A program made the position numbers and the translations under genes. Shown one piece after another: positions 1 to 10,583 of a stretch of 64,000 bases of DNA. Below the pieces are notes generated by a model, which worked only from the letters and a program-made list of their open reading frames with translations, was not told where the DNA came from and did no database searches. The stretch comes from a virus, in the IMG/VR virus record IMGVR_UViG_3300027974_000020, positions 96,001-160,000 of that record, one strand, 5' to 3'. The number at the start of each line of letters is the position of its first letter. Position 1 is the stretch's first letter.

Positions 1-2467
1 CATTAGCTGCTTCAGATAAATCAAATAAACTTGATACTAAATTTCTTGCATCTTCTTTTGAAGTACCTTCTGCCAAATGAAACATTGCGTTCATTATATT
101 ATCAGAATCTCTTGTTGCATATGAATAACTGATTTCACCGGTTTTAAATAAATTTGTTGTTTTTGGTATGGCTGATTTTTCTGCCGCCTTTTCCATTACC
201 GATAGTGGCATAAAAATATTTTCTTTTAATACCGATTCTGTACCAACTTTACCAAACACATCAAATTCTCTTACACCTTTAAGATGGGTTACTCCAAATT
301 CAGCCATGATATCACCATAGTCAGCGTATTTCATTGCATCCATTGTCCCATTTGCTATGGCTGCAGCTTTTGCCCTTTCAACATATGGAGTAGAGGCGTC
401 TGCCATTATTGTGCTAAATACCCTACTTCTAATATCTAAGAAGGCATATGGGTCTGCGGCTTTTTGTGCGGCTGTGGCAAATTGATCAACTGCACCAGGT
501 GCTCTTGCAGTATAATCTTCAAGTCCAACACTAAAGTGCCCACCAAGTGAAGATCTACCTCTTGCAATATTAATTGCATCTGCTGTTGTTTCTGGATCAG
601 AACCAAATAGACTATATGTTTGCCCTAGTCTTGCCATCAAAGTTGTTTCATTTGCAGACGCTGTTACTTTTCCTAATGTTTTTTGAAGGTTTGTTACTTC
701 ATCTATCTGATGAGCTTGAGTATAATTTATTCCCAAATCTATAATATTTAAATCTGATTGATTTGCCATTATTGCTGGAGCGTTAGATCCATATTGAGAT
801 AAAAATCCGGGAGTTTGCAGAACTCCAGTTCTTGCATCATTTAAATTTCTTGTTATTATACTTTCAGCTAAACTTTGATCTACATCAGATATATTTGCAC
901 CTACTGCAAATTTATACTTACCTTCTTTTCCATCAAACTGAAGTAACCCAGAACCAAGTCCAGCTATATCCGTACGGAGCTTTACCCCCTTCATTCCACT
1001 TTCTGTTAAAGTTGATTGAAAAACTTGTTCGGATAAATTTGAAACACTAGCTATATTAGTTGTTGGTGTTACCGCTGAAGCGCCTAATATTACACTTTGT
1101 GCACCCTTAACTAAAGGAGAGTATTGAGCTCTTGCGGCAGATTCTACTACATCTAATTTATCTGCTATTTGATATTTTGCAACATAACTTTGCAAGAATG
1201 CGTCAGTATCTGCAATGTGCGTACCACTATATATTTTTTCAAATAATTCCTTTGCCCCGGAGTCTCCAGCTATCATATCTTGTTCAATTAATTGTAATAA
1301 GTTTGTATTTGTTGCAATAGCTTCAACAGAAGATGTTCCAGTTGATCCACCAAAATGAATTTTTGACATAAAATCTTCAGAATATAACAGGTCTCTAAAT
1401 CTAGATAATTCTTGAGCGTCTGATCCTACTGCTGTAGAAAGTTTTTCATTTACTTTATCATTTAGATAAGCCCTAGAATATTGAAGTGTATCAACTATAA
1501 AATTTTCATCATTAGTCATTCTTTGTGTAAACATTTGAACTGCTTTTTGTGCACCCTCGTGCTTATCATACCCTGACATTTGCTGCATCGTGCTGAATAG
1601 TGCATTTATGTCAAAATATATGTTGTGACCAGCAACAACTTCTGCTTCCATTAGTTTATTTAAAAATTTTGAAGACTCATCCAAAAATCCTGCTCCGTTT
1701 GTTCCATGTGGAATAACCTTTGTGTTACCAGCTAAGAATTCTGACATAGCCATTGAGCCACCATTGGCATTTGCTACATTTAATCCACCCATTTGTCTTG
1801 AGGCGTAGGATAGGTTGTAGTCTGGAAGTATATTAACTTTTCCGCCGCCAATCATTTCAGCAATAGCCATTGATCGTGTTTGTGCGCCCTCAAAAAGTCC
1901 AGCTGTTTCTACGTCAAATGTATATACTTTTTTATTTTCAAGTAATTCTTTTAAAGTTTTTTGACTACCTTGTTTTACAGTCCTAAGTCCAGCAATATTT
2001 GACATTCCAACATTGAATGCTTCTAATCCAACTCGTTCTGGATTAACGTTTAGCAAAACGCTGTTTAGCAGCATCCCTGCTGGGTTTCTTGAACTGGTAT
2101 CAACTTGATACCTAAATAACTGTCTGTACAAGTTTGCTGAAGGTAAATTTATATTAGGAAGACCAACTTCCTGCATTAAGGCAGGGAGCCTGAGAATTTC
2201 ATCAGTGTAGCTTTTTCTTAATTGATCCCTTGCAGTCTTGTTTAAAACTGATAAATCTATTTTTCCTTCACTTCTTAATATTTCTAAGTTAGCTCTACTC
2301 GCAGCTCTTGGATCCAATTCTGTTTCTAGTGCTCTTAAATATCTTTGCTGAAAACCTTCATACCTAGAAATAAATTCATCAGATGTTCCATATACTTTAT
2401 CTAAAACTGTTTTATCTATTATTTTGCTAGCAACCCCTCCGGTTAACAGAGGGTAGGTTTAAGCCAT
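1..2467 (-). CDS. Large protein (>800 aa, runs off left edge) with DEDDh 3'-5' exonuclease domain; in-frame TAA at codon 3
   Basis: Manual translation (absent from ORF track): Exo I VYTFDVETAGL, Exo II VVAGHNIYFD, IVDTL, Exo III GTHIADTD. GGAAGG RBS precedes ATG 2467, but codon 3 is TAA (2459-2461); next starts are TTG 2317 and ATG 2176. Confidence 0.75.
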
Positions 2468-2505
2468 TTTTAACAAACCTTCCAACACCAGTTGTAAAAT
2501 AACTA

Positions 2506-3246
2506 TCATCTATTTTCATTTTGCTCTTCTGGAATTTCTACTATAGTTTGAGCTTCAATATATTCATCGAGCTCATAAGTACCAAGTTTTTGTTTTAATA
2601 ATTTTTCTTTTTGGATTTCAATTGCTTGAACTTTATATAAAATATCAGATATTGCTTGAGCACTATCAATCTGCATTTGTCCAGCTTTTGCTTTTGCTTC
2701 TCTAGTGGCTAACAATTGATTTCTTAAATCTTTTCTTCTTTTATGAAGCTTATCTTCTAACTCTACAGCTAAGTGTAATTCTTTTCTAAGAATTGGTTCC
2801 CCACTTTCATCAATTCCAATAATATTTTCTTGAATAAAATGTTCTTTTGCTAACAGTTTTGTTTTTCTTAAGTATTGAACTTCTTGATCAACTAAGTCTC
2901 TTATCATGGAAACTTCAACTAAATTATCATAATGAACTTCAAGTTGGTCCATATATTCAGCTGTGAATTGAGAAACGATAGACATTTCAATTGGACATGG
3001 CTTTCCTTTTGGTGCAAGATTTTCTTTAAGTAATGGGCATGTTTCGGCAAAAATGCATTTAGTCGCTTCGCAGTTCATTGGTATTGAAGAAAACATTGAT
3101 GTTCTTGTTTTCTGTGGACGTACGAGTTCTACAACTCTATCCTTTTCTTCTTCGGTCCAATTTTCTGGAAAGAATAAATCTGGTCTTAGTGATTCAAATT
3201 CTTTAATAAAACTTTTTTTTTGATTTATGTTTTCTAATTCACCCAT
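2506..3246 (-). CDS. Hypothetical phage protein with Cys cluster and coiled coil
   Basis: 246-aa ORF; CEATKC..CPLL..PCPIE followed by helical region; part of tight minus-strand operon. Confidence 0.7.
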   Translation of the reverse strand: MGELENINQKKSFIKEFESLRPDLFFPENWTEEEKDRVVELVRPQKTRTSMFSSIPMNCEATKCIFAETCPLLKENLAPKGKPCPIEMSIVSQFTAEYMDQLEVHYDNLVEVSMIRDLVDQEVQYLRKTKLLAKEHFIQENIIGIDESGEPILRKELHLAVELEDKLHKRRKDLRNQLLATREAKAKAGQMQIDSAQAISDILYKVQAIEIQKEKLLKQKLGTYELDEYIEAQTIVEIPEEQNENR

Positions 3247-3421
3247 TAAAATCTATCCATTCTGAGCTATAAAAGCTATCATTTTTAAAAGTCTCTATCA
3301 CCAAACTGTTACAATACTGACAAAGATATTCATTTTTTATAATTATATCAGATTCTTTATCATCTATAAATTGCTCTTTATATATTAAACCCATGGTGCT
3401 ATTACACCTCGGGCAGAGCAT
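3239..3421 (-). CDS. Small zinc-ribbon protein
   Basis: CPRC...CQYC; overlaps neighbour by 8 nt. Confidence 0.65.
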   Translation of the reverse strand: MLCPRCNSTMGLIYKEQFIDDKESDIIIKNEYLCQYCNSLVIETFKNDSFYSSEWIDFNG

Positions 3422-3422
3422 C

Positions 3423-3836
3423 TTACATCTCTTCCAAAAGTTTCATTAAACCTTTTTGTAATTTAATCTGGAGTTCTGCATCGTGTGTGGCATTAACGAA
3501 TGTGCTTACTTCCCTCATCTCATCTGGAGATAAATAAGAAGATATTTTATATCTTGATCCCTTGCATATGTCGCAATAGATTTCTTTCTGACCCAGATAA
3601 CATTCACATTTCTCAATGATATCAAAATGCTCTAGTGCACTAGCTACATCTAGCCATTTATTCTTGAATAACTTTTTTGTCTGCTCTTTATAAGCCCTAA
3701 GCTTTTGGGCATCGTTTGACAGAAGTGTTCCCATGTCTAAAGAATGTTTCATTAGTTCATTTATGCTTTTATACAAAAAATTAGCTAACTGAAAATCTCC
3801 ATTTTTATCTGTATAATTCTTCCAATCATCCATCAC
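3423..3836 (-). CDS. Hypothetical protein with CxC...CxxCxG zinc motif
   Basis: ORF in operon; CEC..YCDICKGS. Confidence 0.7.
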   Translation of the reverse strand: MMDDWKNYTDKNGDFQLANFLYKSINELMKHSLDMGTLLSNDAQKLRAYKEQTKKLFKNKWLDVASALEHFDIIEKCECYLGQKEIYCDICKGSRYKISSYLSPDEMREVSTFVNATHDAELQIKLQKGLMKLLEEM

Positions 3837-3862
3837 ATATCACATCTTTCCTATATAAAATA

Positions 3863-4159
3863 TTAAGCGTATCTTCCTGATCCCCTAGGTCCCTTGTAAC
3901 CGCCCCTTGAACCATCTCTATTTCTCATCATACCAGCACCACCAAACAAAGCGGCACCGGTGAGAGCTCTTGCCCCCACCTGCCTCTGCCTAAGACCTAC
4001 TGCTGTTTGCCTAGCTGTTGATCCTGCTGCTGTATTTTTTGAGGCTATCTTCATTAACCTTTTCGCCCCGCGAGAACCATTATCAATATACTTTTGTGCT
4101 GATGCTGTATTATGCAGCATTGATCCAACACGCCTTGTTGCACCTGCTCTAATCCCCAT
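3863..4159 (-). CDS. Small basic Gly/Arg/Ala-rich protein
   Basis: 98 aa, very few acidic residues; tandem with a similar gene. Confidence 0.65.
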   Translation of the reverse strand: MGIRAGATRRVGSMLHNTASAQKYIDNGSRGAKRLMKIASKNTAAGSTARQTAVGLRQRQVGARALTGAALFGGAGMMRNRDGSRGGYKGPRGSGRYA

Positions 4160-4161
4160 AA

Positions 4162-4428
4162 TTAATGACCGTACATTCCAGTTGGCCTACCAGGAGTTCT
4201 CCTACCTGTTCCGCTTCCTCTTCTTTTTGAAAGTCCAGACATCCCAGCAGCTCCGCCGACAACCATGCCCGCCCTCATTTTACCTGACCTTGCCAATGCT
4301 TTAGTTCCAGGGTTAGAGCCAGCCTTGCGACCAATTGCCCCTACTGCACCAAAAAAACCATGTGCCTGTCTATTTGCACCAAATGTTTTTCTTGCTGCGG
4401 ACCCTGCTGCCATTCCTTGTTTAAACAT
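4162..4428 (-). CDS. Small basic Gly/Arg/Ala-rich protein
   Basis: 88 aa, no acidic residues; 2 nt from neighbour. Confidence 0.65.
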   Translation of the reverse strand: MFKQGMAAGSAARKTFGANRQAHGFFGAVGAIGRKAGSNPGTKALARSGKMRAGMVVGGAAGMSGLSKRRGSGTGRRTPGRPTGMYGH

Positions 4429-4439
4429 TTAAAAATATC

Positions 4440-5852
4440 CTACTTTGCTAGTTTAGTTTTCTTAGATGGTTTAATTAAATTAAAACTAAATTTATCTTCA
4501 TTGTAATCGATATTGAAAATAGTACCTTTAGGTATAGTATTTTGAACTATTATCCTAGATAGTTCAGTCTCTATTTGATCTCTTCGTATTTGTGATAAAC
4601 CTCTTGCGCCCTTTACTGAATCAATACCCTTATCAATCAAAGCATTGATTACATTGCTATTGTATTCTGCTGAAAAACCTTTTTTAATTAATTTATTTAA
4701 AACTACTCTCATTTCTAGTTCTGCTATTTTTTCACAATCTTGTCTTGACAAATGATTAAAAACTATTATTTTATCTAATCTATTAATCATTTCTGGTTTA
4801 AAGTATTTTCTTATTGCATCCATTGTATGTTTTTCTACAATATGTTTGGGTGGTAATGCGGTTGTAGAATTAAGATAATGAACATTTTTATTAAAACCAG
4901 TTCCACTTCCAATTAAATGATCCACAGTTTTATCGTTTCCTAAATTTGTTGTAAGAATAATAATTGTTCCTCTAAAGTCAACCTTATTTCCTTTTGCGTC
5001 TGTTACAACGCCTTCGTCAAATATCGTCAAAAATGTATTCCAAATATCAGGGTGAGCTTTTTCTACCTCATCAATAAGAACTACCGAATTTGGATTCTTC
5101 TGAATCTGGTTAACTAATTGCCCACCTTCATCATGGCCTACATATCCTGGCGGAGAACCAATCAGCTTAGCACCTTCGTGCTTTTGTTGATACTCGCCAC
5201 AATCAATTCTTACCATTGGCGTATCTGAACTGAATAAAAAATCATGCAGTGTTTTTGCAAGATGTGTTTTACCCACTCCAGATGAACCAGATAATAAGAA
5301 TACACCCAATGGCCTATTGACATCATTCATATCAGCCTGAGATCTCAATAGTGCTTGACACACTGCTTGTATAGCTTCATCTTGGCCAATAATATTATTT
5401 TTTAAATAATGTTCTAAAGAAATAAACTTTTGTTTTGAAACTTTCTTTATTTGTTTTTGTTTATTACCTTTACCTAAAGGTTTTTGTCCATATCTTGATA
5501 TTATATTTTTTATTTCATCAAAATTTTTATCAAGCTCAACTTCTGGCTCTAATGGCGACGATGCATATGCGATTGCAATCCAATAATCTATATCTAGACC
5601 TGGATTAAGCATTACACATCCGGTATATAATGCTTCTATACATCTTTCGGCATTAGACCTAGTCATCATTCCTAGTGCGGCTGAGATATCTGTCTTTAAA
5701 TTAAAAATAACATGTTGAAGAATTTTTCTTCTTCTATCTTTTTCTGTTTTTACTGTTATCTGAGAAACGAATTCATCAATTTCTTCCGGTTCCAAGACTT
5801 TGTATTTTACATATACATTTAAATCTGGAACGTATATTTGATATATCTTCAT
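4440..5852 (-). CDS. ClpA/ClpB-type AAA+ ATPase (second nucleotide-binding domain only) with unique N-terminus
   Basis: IIGQDEA, GSSGVGKT (Walker A), LIGSPPGYVGHDEGGQL, VLIDEVEKAHPD (Walker B), FKPEMINRLD, GARGL; start moved to ATG 5852 behind GGGAG. Confidence 0.9.
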   Translation of the reverse strand: MKIYQIYVPDLNVYVKYKVLEPEEIDEFVSQITVKTEKDRRRKILQHVIFNLKTDISAALGMMTRSNAERCIEALYTGCVMLNPGLDIDYWIAIAYASSPLEPEVELDKNFDEIKNIISRYGQKPLGKGNKQKQIKKVSKQKFISLEHYLKNNIIGQDEAIQAVCQALLRSQADMNDVNRPLGVFLLSGSSGVGKTHLAKTLHDFLFSSDTPMVRIDCGEYQQKHEGAKLIGSPPGYVGHDEGGQLVNQIQKNPNSVVLIDEVEKAHPDIWNTFLTIFDEGVVTDAKGNKVDFRGTIIILTTNLGNDKTVDHLIGSGTGFNKNVHYLNSTTALPPKHIVEKHTMDAIRKYFKPEMINRLDKIIVFNHLSRQDCEKIAELEMRVVLNKLIKKGFSAEYNSNVINALIDKGIDSVKGARGLSQIRRDQIETELSRIIVQNTIPKGTIFNIDYNEDKFSFNLIKPSKKTKLAK

Positions 5853-6227
5853 ACGTTCTCCCAACCATTTTTAAAAATAAAGATTCTATATATACTATAT
5901 ATTATAATAATATATATATATAGTAATATTATATATATAGATATATATAAAGGGGTAGGGGGTAGGGGGTAAATTCCCAGTCTACTAAACTTTTTATGCT
6001 TTGTCAAATTCACTTTGAATATTTTTCAACCGAAGGACAATCTTCCATGCATGGTCCGCAGAAAGACCAAAATCTTACTAAATCATCAACAGTATTAATT
6101 TTTTTTTCAAGTAAAAACTTTGCTCGATAAAAATCTTCTTTTTTTGTCATATTGTGTCGCATTGATATTCCGTTCTATGTATACTTGCCTAGAGCAATTA
6201 TACCATCCATCAAACACAGGAGACTAT

Positions 6228-6458
6228 ATGGAAAACACCTTAATCGACTATAAAAAAGAAATTGATGAAAAAATTGTATACATTAAAAAATTGGTTAAGT
6301 TAAAAGAAAAAGTACGTTTTGTGCAACTTGGCGCAGATGTACAATCTAGGGTAGAATATAAGTACATAGAAAAGCAAGTTGATAAAAAAATTGCTGAAAC
6401 AAAAAAAATAGCCAATGAACTTATTCTTAAACAAAAAAGAAATCAAAAAGGACAATAA
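6228..6458 (+). CDS. Hypothetical coiled-coil protein
   Basis: AGGAG RBS before ATG 6228. Confidence 0.6.
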   Translation: MENTLIDYKKEIDEKIVYIKKLVKLKEKVRFVQLGADVQSRVEYKYIEKQVDKKIAETKKIANELILKQKRNQKGQ

Positions 6459-6463
6459 AAAAA

Positions 6464-7426
6464 ATGGCAAATGAATCCAAGGGGCTAGAGCTAGCAATAG
6501 CACAACTTGAAAGACAATTTGGATCAGGCTCTATTATGAAGCTTGGTAATTTTACGACTCAACCTTGGCCGTCAGTTCCTACTGGTGCTCCGACTCTAGA
6601 TAGAATTTTAGGTAATGGCGGTTTACCTCGTGGCAGAATAGTAGAAATATACGGTCCAGAATCATCTGGCAAATCGACTGTAGCTTTGTCAGTTATTGCT
6701 GAAGCACAGAAGATTGGTTTAAAATGTGCCTATATAGATGCAGAACATGCTCTAGATCCAATATACATGCAATCTCTTGGGGTAGATCTCGATGCATTGC
6801 TTTTATCTCAGCCCGATTATGGCGAACAAGCACTAGAAATTGTAGACAAGTTAGTTAGAACAGGTGAAATTGGAGTAATCGTTATAGATTCAGTTGCTGC
6901 TCTTATTCCTAAGGCAGAGCTGGAGGGGGAGATGGAAGCCTCTCAGATGGGTCTACAAGCTCGTCTAATGGCCAAAGCGATGAGAAAGCTAGTTGCACTA
7001 GCCTCGGAAAATAAAACGCTCCTATTGTTCATAAACCAACTTAGAAGTAAAATTGGTATTATGTTTGGAAATCCAGAAACAACTCCAGGTGGAATGGCCC
7101 TAAAATATGCAGCTTCTGTAAGAATAGATCTTCGCAAGAAAGAAGACATTAAAGATAAAGAAGGTGTGTCTATTGGAATTAAAGTAAAAGCTAAAGTTAT
7201 TAAAAATAAAATGGCTCCTCCATTAAAAATGGTAGAATTTGATATACTTTACGGTAAGGGAGTTGACCAATACGGATGCCTATTTGACATAGGTATTGAG
7301 AAACAAATATTTACACAAAAAGGCGCATGGGTTTACTATAAAGATGAAAACTTTGCTCAAGGTAGAGATAATGCAATTGAAAAACTTAAATCAAGAGAAG
7401 ACATCATTGATCAAATAAGATTATGA
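6464..7426 (+). CDS. recA: RecA recombinase
   Basis: GGLPRGRIVEIYGPESSGKST, DAEHALDP, IDSVAAL, FINQLR, ETTPGGMALKYAASVR, KNKMAPP. Confidence 0.97.
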   Translation: MANESKGLELAIAQLERQFGSGSIMKLGNFTTQPWPSVPTGAPTLDRILGNGGLPRGRIVEIYGPESSGKSTVALSVIAEAQKIGLKCAYIDAEHALDPIYMQSLGVDLDALLLSQPDYGEQALEIVDKLVRTGEIGVIVIDSVAALIPKAELEGEMEASQMGLQARLMAKAMRKLVALASENKTLLLFINQLRSKIGIMFGNPETTPGGMALKYAASVRIDLRKKEDIKDKEGVSIGIKVKAKVIKNKMAPPLKMVEFDILYGKGVDQYGCLFDIGIEKQIFTQKGAWVYYKDENFAQGRDNAIEKLKSREDIIDQIRL

Positions 7427-7575
7427 ACCCAGTATTGAATCCAGCTGTTTGCGAAGAATGTTCTTTTCCACCTAATTTTGCTGTTAATTGCATTTCAAAA
7501 AAAACAGATGAAGTTCAAGTTTTTACAATTAAATGTAGAGATTGCGGAGATCAATGGAAGGAGCAATTAAATTAA
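7423..7575 (+). CDS. Small zinc-ribbon protein (50 aa)
   Basis: Manual ORF MNPVLNPAVCEEC...IKCRDCGDQW; ATGA overlap with recA stop. Confidence 0.65.
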   Translation: MNPVLNPAVCEECSFPPNFAVNCISKKTDEVQVFTIKCRDCGDQWKEQLN

Positions 7576-7576
7576 T

Positions 7577-8431
7577 ATGAATATGTTTGAAGAGTCTTTT
7601 AGAAAAAATCCAAATATAGAGCAAATCGCACCAAAACTTTTTATTTATAGAAATTTCATAAATGGTGATTTATTAGAAAAAATAAATTCTATCTTAGTAA
7701 AACAAATAGATACCCCGTCAGTTACCCATAATGTTGATTGGTATAACGATAGATTCACAACTCTTATTCCAGAAATGCACGAAGTATGGGAACTTGCCTC
7801 TGAATTAATTTATCCAGAACTAGCGATGCACCCGCAACTTTGCCTATTGAGGGCTAAAGTTGGAGATGATGGGATGTATCATCACGCTGATGCACCTGGT
7901 GCGCCACACGAAGATTGTGGCCCAATTTGTGGCACGTGTGAGATAGCAAAAAGTGTTTTGATATCCCCAGACAGATGGGACACTTGCTGTAGACTTCACT
8001 ATGGATTGATAGTATATTTTGGTGACTTTGAGGGTGGAGAAGTATATTATCCAAATTTTAATTCAAAAGCAGAGTATATTGGTGATTTTACCTCATTTGA
8101 AAATGATGATGAGTTGCGCGTTAAACCAAATAATGGAGATTTAATAATTCACGGTTCACATAGAGATTATTGTCATGGAACAAAAGAAATTACAAGTGGA
8201 GTACGCTTTGCTTTTTCTAACTTTGTAATACCAGCACATACTAATCCTGGAACTTTTTATAACTATAAAACAAAAGAATATTATGATCAAATAGAGTTTA
8301 TAAAACAAGACCCAGATAGTAGATGGTCAACTTGGTTTGAAACGATTAATGGATATGCTTGGGAAGAACCACCAGCGGTGTTAGAAGATAAGAAAAATGG
8401 CATAACAGGCATTAGGTATAGAGATCTATAA
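7577..8431 (+). CDS. 2OG-Fe(II) oxygenase
   Basis: HxD (HHAD), FEGGEVYYP, HGTKEITSGVRF. Confidence 0.85.
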   Translation: MNMFEESFRKNPNIEQIAPKLFIYRNFINGDLLEKINSILVKQIDTPSVTHNVDWYNDRFTTLIPEMHEVWELASELIYPELAMHPQLCLLRAKVGDDGMYHHADAPGAPHEDCGPICGTCEIAKSVLISPDRWDTCCRLHYGLIVYFGDFEGGEVYYPNFNSKAEYIGDFTSFENDDELRVKPNNGDLIIHGSHRDYCHGTKEITSGVRFAFSNFVIPAHTNPGTFYNYKTKEYYDQIEFIKQDPDSRWSTWFETINGYAWEEPPAVLEDKKNGITGIRYRDL

Positions 8432-8488
8432 TATTTATTATGTTATATTATTATAATAATTTAATTTATTTAAAAAAGTTTTAGATTT

Positions 8489-9283
8489 ATGAAATTACAT
8501 TGGATGAGCGTTCATGACGACAGTAGCATAGATAGTTTAAGAGAAAATTCAAAAATATTAAATGAATGCAATTATTATTCAAATTTATTAGTTTATCATT
8601 CAACAAATAATGACTATTGGATAAAGTGCGCAAATGTTTTAGATTTAAATCATAAATTTAAATATCTTTTAGCAATCAGGACTTATTCTATAAGTCCAGA
8701 ATATTTTGTAATGATGTATAAATCGTTTAATGAAATTCAAAAAAATAGAATAATGTTTAATATAGTTTCTGGAGATATCCATGATGGTGAATTTTCGATA
8801 AATGATCTTGTTACCGGACAAGATAATTTTAACACAGTAGAGAAAAGAGTTGCTTATACAGATAAGTGGATGCAAAAAACTTTATCTATTTTAAATAGAC
8901 AAAAACAAGAAATACCAGAAATAGTCATGTCTGGCATTTCGGATGAAACACTAAATTCTTCTGCAAAATTTGCTAACTATAATTTAGCTATGATGTCTGA
9001 ATATATAGAGTCACCAAAAAAGTTTGAAAAAAATAAAAATAGAATGATCGCAGCTGCTGTAGTCATAAGAGATTCTTATGACGATGCAGAGCGTGTTGTT
9101 GATCAAATTGACCAAAAGCATCAAAAAAAATGGACAATTTTTGGAACAGAAGAACAAGTTATAGAAAAAATAAAATATTTAGAGAGTATTGGAGTTACAG
9201 ATTTAATGATACGAACTCATAGAAATGATGATCAATACAATTTAATACACACCTTAGCAAAAAAGAACCATGGAGTAATTTAA
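8489..9283 (+). CDS. Luciferase-like (LLM) flavin-dependent monooxygenase-family protein
   Basis: LAIRTYSISP, NRIMFNIVSG, IFGTEEQVIEKI..L...GVTD. Confidence 0.7.
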   Translation: MKLHWMSVHDDSSIDSLRENSKILNECNYYSNLLVYHSTNNDYWIKCANVLDLNHKFKYLLAIRTYSISPEYFVMMYKSFNEIQKNRIMFNIVSGDIHDGEFSINDLVTGQDNFNTVEKRVAYTDKWMQKTLSILNRQKQEIPEIVMSGISDETLNSSAKFANYNLAMMSEYIESPKKFEKNKNRMIAAAVVIRDSYDDAERVVDQIDQKHQKKWTIFGTEEQVIEKIKYLESIGVTDLMIRTHRNDDQYNLIHTLAKKNHGVI

Positions 9284-9287
9284 TAAA

Positions 9288-9944
9288 ATGAAAAAAATAT
9301 ACTTAATTGGAGACTGTCATTTATCTAGAGTTTCTGAACATTATGAAGAAGATAACAACCAAGTTGACATGACTTTTTGGGGCAAGGCAGCAAAGAAAAT
9401 TTGGGATCTAGATTTTCAAGAAATGTATAAAGAGGATGAATTGTCTTCTGGCAAAGAGTCACAAAAATTTCAAAATGATGGTGTTATTCCATTTTCTGAA
9501 ATAAAAGATGATGGAATATTATTTTCTTGGTTTGGATATGTAGATGTAAGAACATTCTTATCAGCATATGATAACGCAGAAACTGTGGCAAGAAAGTATA
9601 TAGACCAATTAAAACAAAATTTTAATAATTCAAAAATAGTGATAATAGAACCACTCCCGCAGTTTACGGAGATGCTATTAAAGTATGAAGGGATCAGCCC
9701 ATCTTATACCTATGAGCAAAGATTGGAGCAGAATAGAAAGTTCTTAGACTCCATGCATGTGCATGCGCGTGAGGCTGGAATAACAGACTTTATTCTTCAA
9801 TCGGAGATACTGGATTCATTAGGTGTATCTAAGTTAATTCCTGAAATGACACATGATAAAGCTCCTCATCCAGTAGATGGCCTTCAAGACAAATATAATA
9901 AAAAAATATTAGATCTATTTATAAAAAAGGCATTAGAATTATAA
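9288..9944 (+). CDS. SGNH-hydrolase-like protein
   Basis: N-terminal LIGDCH, FGYVDVR block, late DG motif. Confidence 0.5.
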   Translation: MKKIYLIGDCHLSRVSEHYEEDNNQVDMTFWGKAAKKIWDLDFQEMYKEDELSSGKESQKFQNDGVIPFSEIKDDGILFSWFGYVDVRTFLSAYDNAETVARKYIDQLKQNFNNSKIVIIEPLPQFTEMLLKYEGISPSYTYEQRLEQNRKFLDSMHVHAREAGITDFILQSEILDSLGVSKLIPEMTHDKAPHPVDGLQDKYNKKILDLFIKKALEL

Positions 9945-10487
9945 ATGATTAAGTTAACTAAAGATATTTTATTATTTACAGATTTATTTGAAGATTTAGA
10001 TAAAATATTTTTAAATTTAACAGAACTAGACTGGAAAATGTGGGGTCGAAATAACAATGATCCAAACTACAGAATTGGCGAAACAGGCACAATAGACGAT
10101 AACGAGTATTTATCTACTCAGATAAAATCTGCTACTCAAAAATGCCTAGATGATTATATGCTAAATTTGGGTATAGATAAAAATTTATATTATCATTACC
10201 AACATGGTCTATATGTAAGAAAATGGGATTTTCCAATGGCCGGCATGAGTGCTCATAGAGATTACACTTATGATGATCAAGGTGGAATCAAAAAAGTTGC
10301 ATATACAATATGCGGTTACCTTAATGATGATTATGAAGGTGGATTAATAGAATTTCCGGAACACGATCTTTCGATTAAACCGCCGGCTGGATCCGCAATT
10401 GTTTTTAACTCAAATGAATTACATCTGGTAACAGACTTAAAAGATAAACACAGATACATGTGGTCTTGCTTTGTTTATAACAAATAA
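9945..10487 (+). CDS. 2OG-Fe(II) oxygenase (prolyl-hydroxylase-like)
   Basis: AHRD, YLNDDYEGGLIEFP, KPPAGSAIVF, HLV..R. Confidence 0.88.
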   Translation: MIKLTKDILLFTDLFEDLDKIFLNLTELDWKMWGRNNNDPNYRIGETGTIDDNEYLSTQIKSATQKCLDDYMLNLGIDKNLYYHYQHGLYVRKWDFPMAGMSAHRDYTYDDQGGIKKVAYTICGYLNDDYEGGLIEFPEHDLSIKPPAGSAIVFNSNELHLVTDLKDKHRYMWSCFVYNK

Positions 10488-10583
10488 TCGACTCATGCTA
10501 ATCCTTTGATCCCCCGCCCCAAATCCGCGGCGAATTATTTTTTTTATTTTTAATAATTTGTAGTATTATGATACTATAAGGGG

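Noticed and set aside
832-1320. Plus-strand ORFs 832..1050 and 1132..1320, and the many short antisense or nested ORFs (e.g. 3960..4304, 31361..32032, 22122..23356)
   Set aside because: Shadows of longer motif-bearing genes on the other strand or frame; no RBS or recognisable content
2459-2461. Stop-codon reassignment suggested by the in-frame TAA
   Set aside because: TAA, TAG and TGA all terminate well-defined genes elsewhere in the window and no suppressor tRNA is seen
2506-3246. Terminase small subunit call
   Set aside because: Helical and coiled-coil character is compatible, but no diagnostic motif or adjacent large subunit is visible
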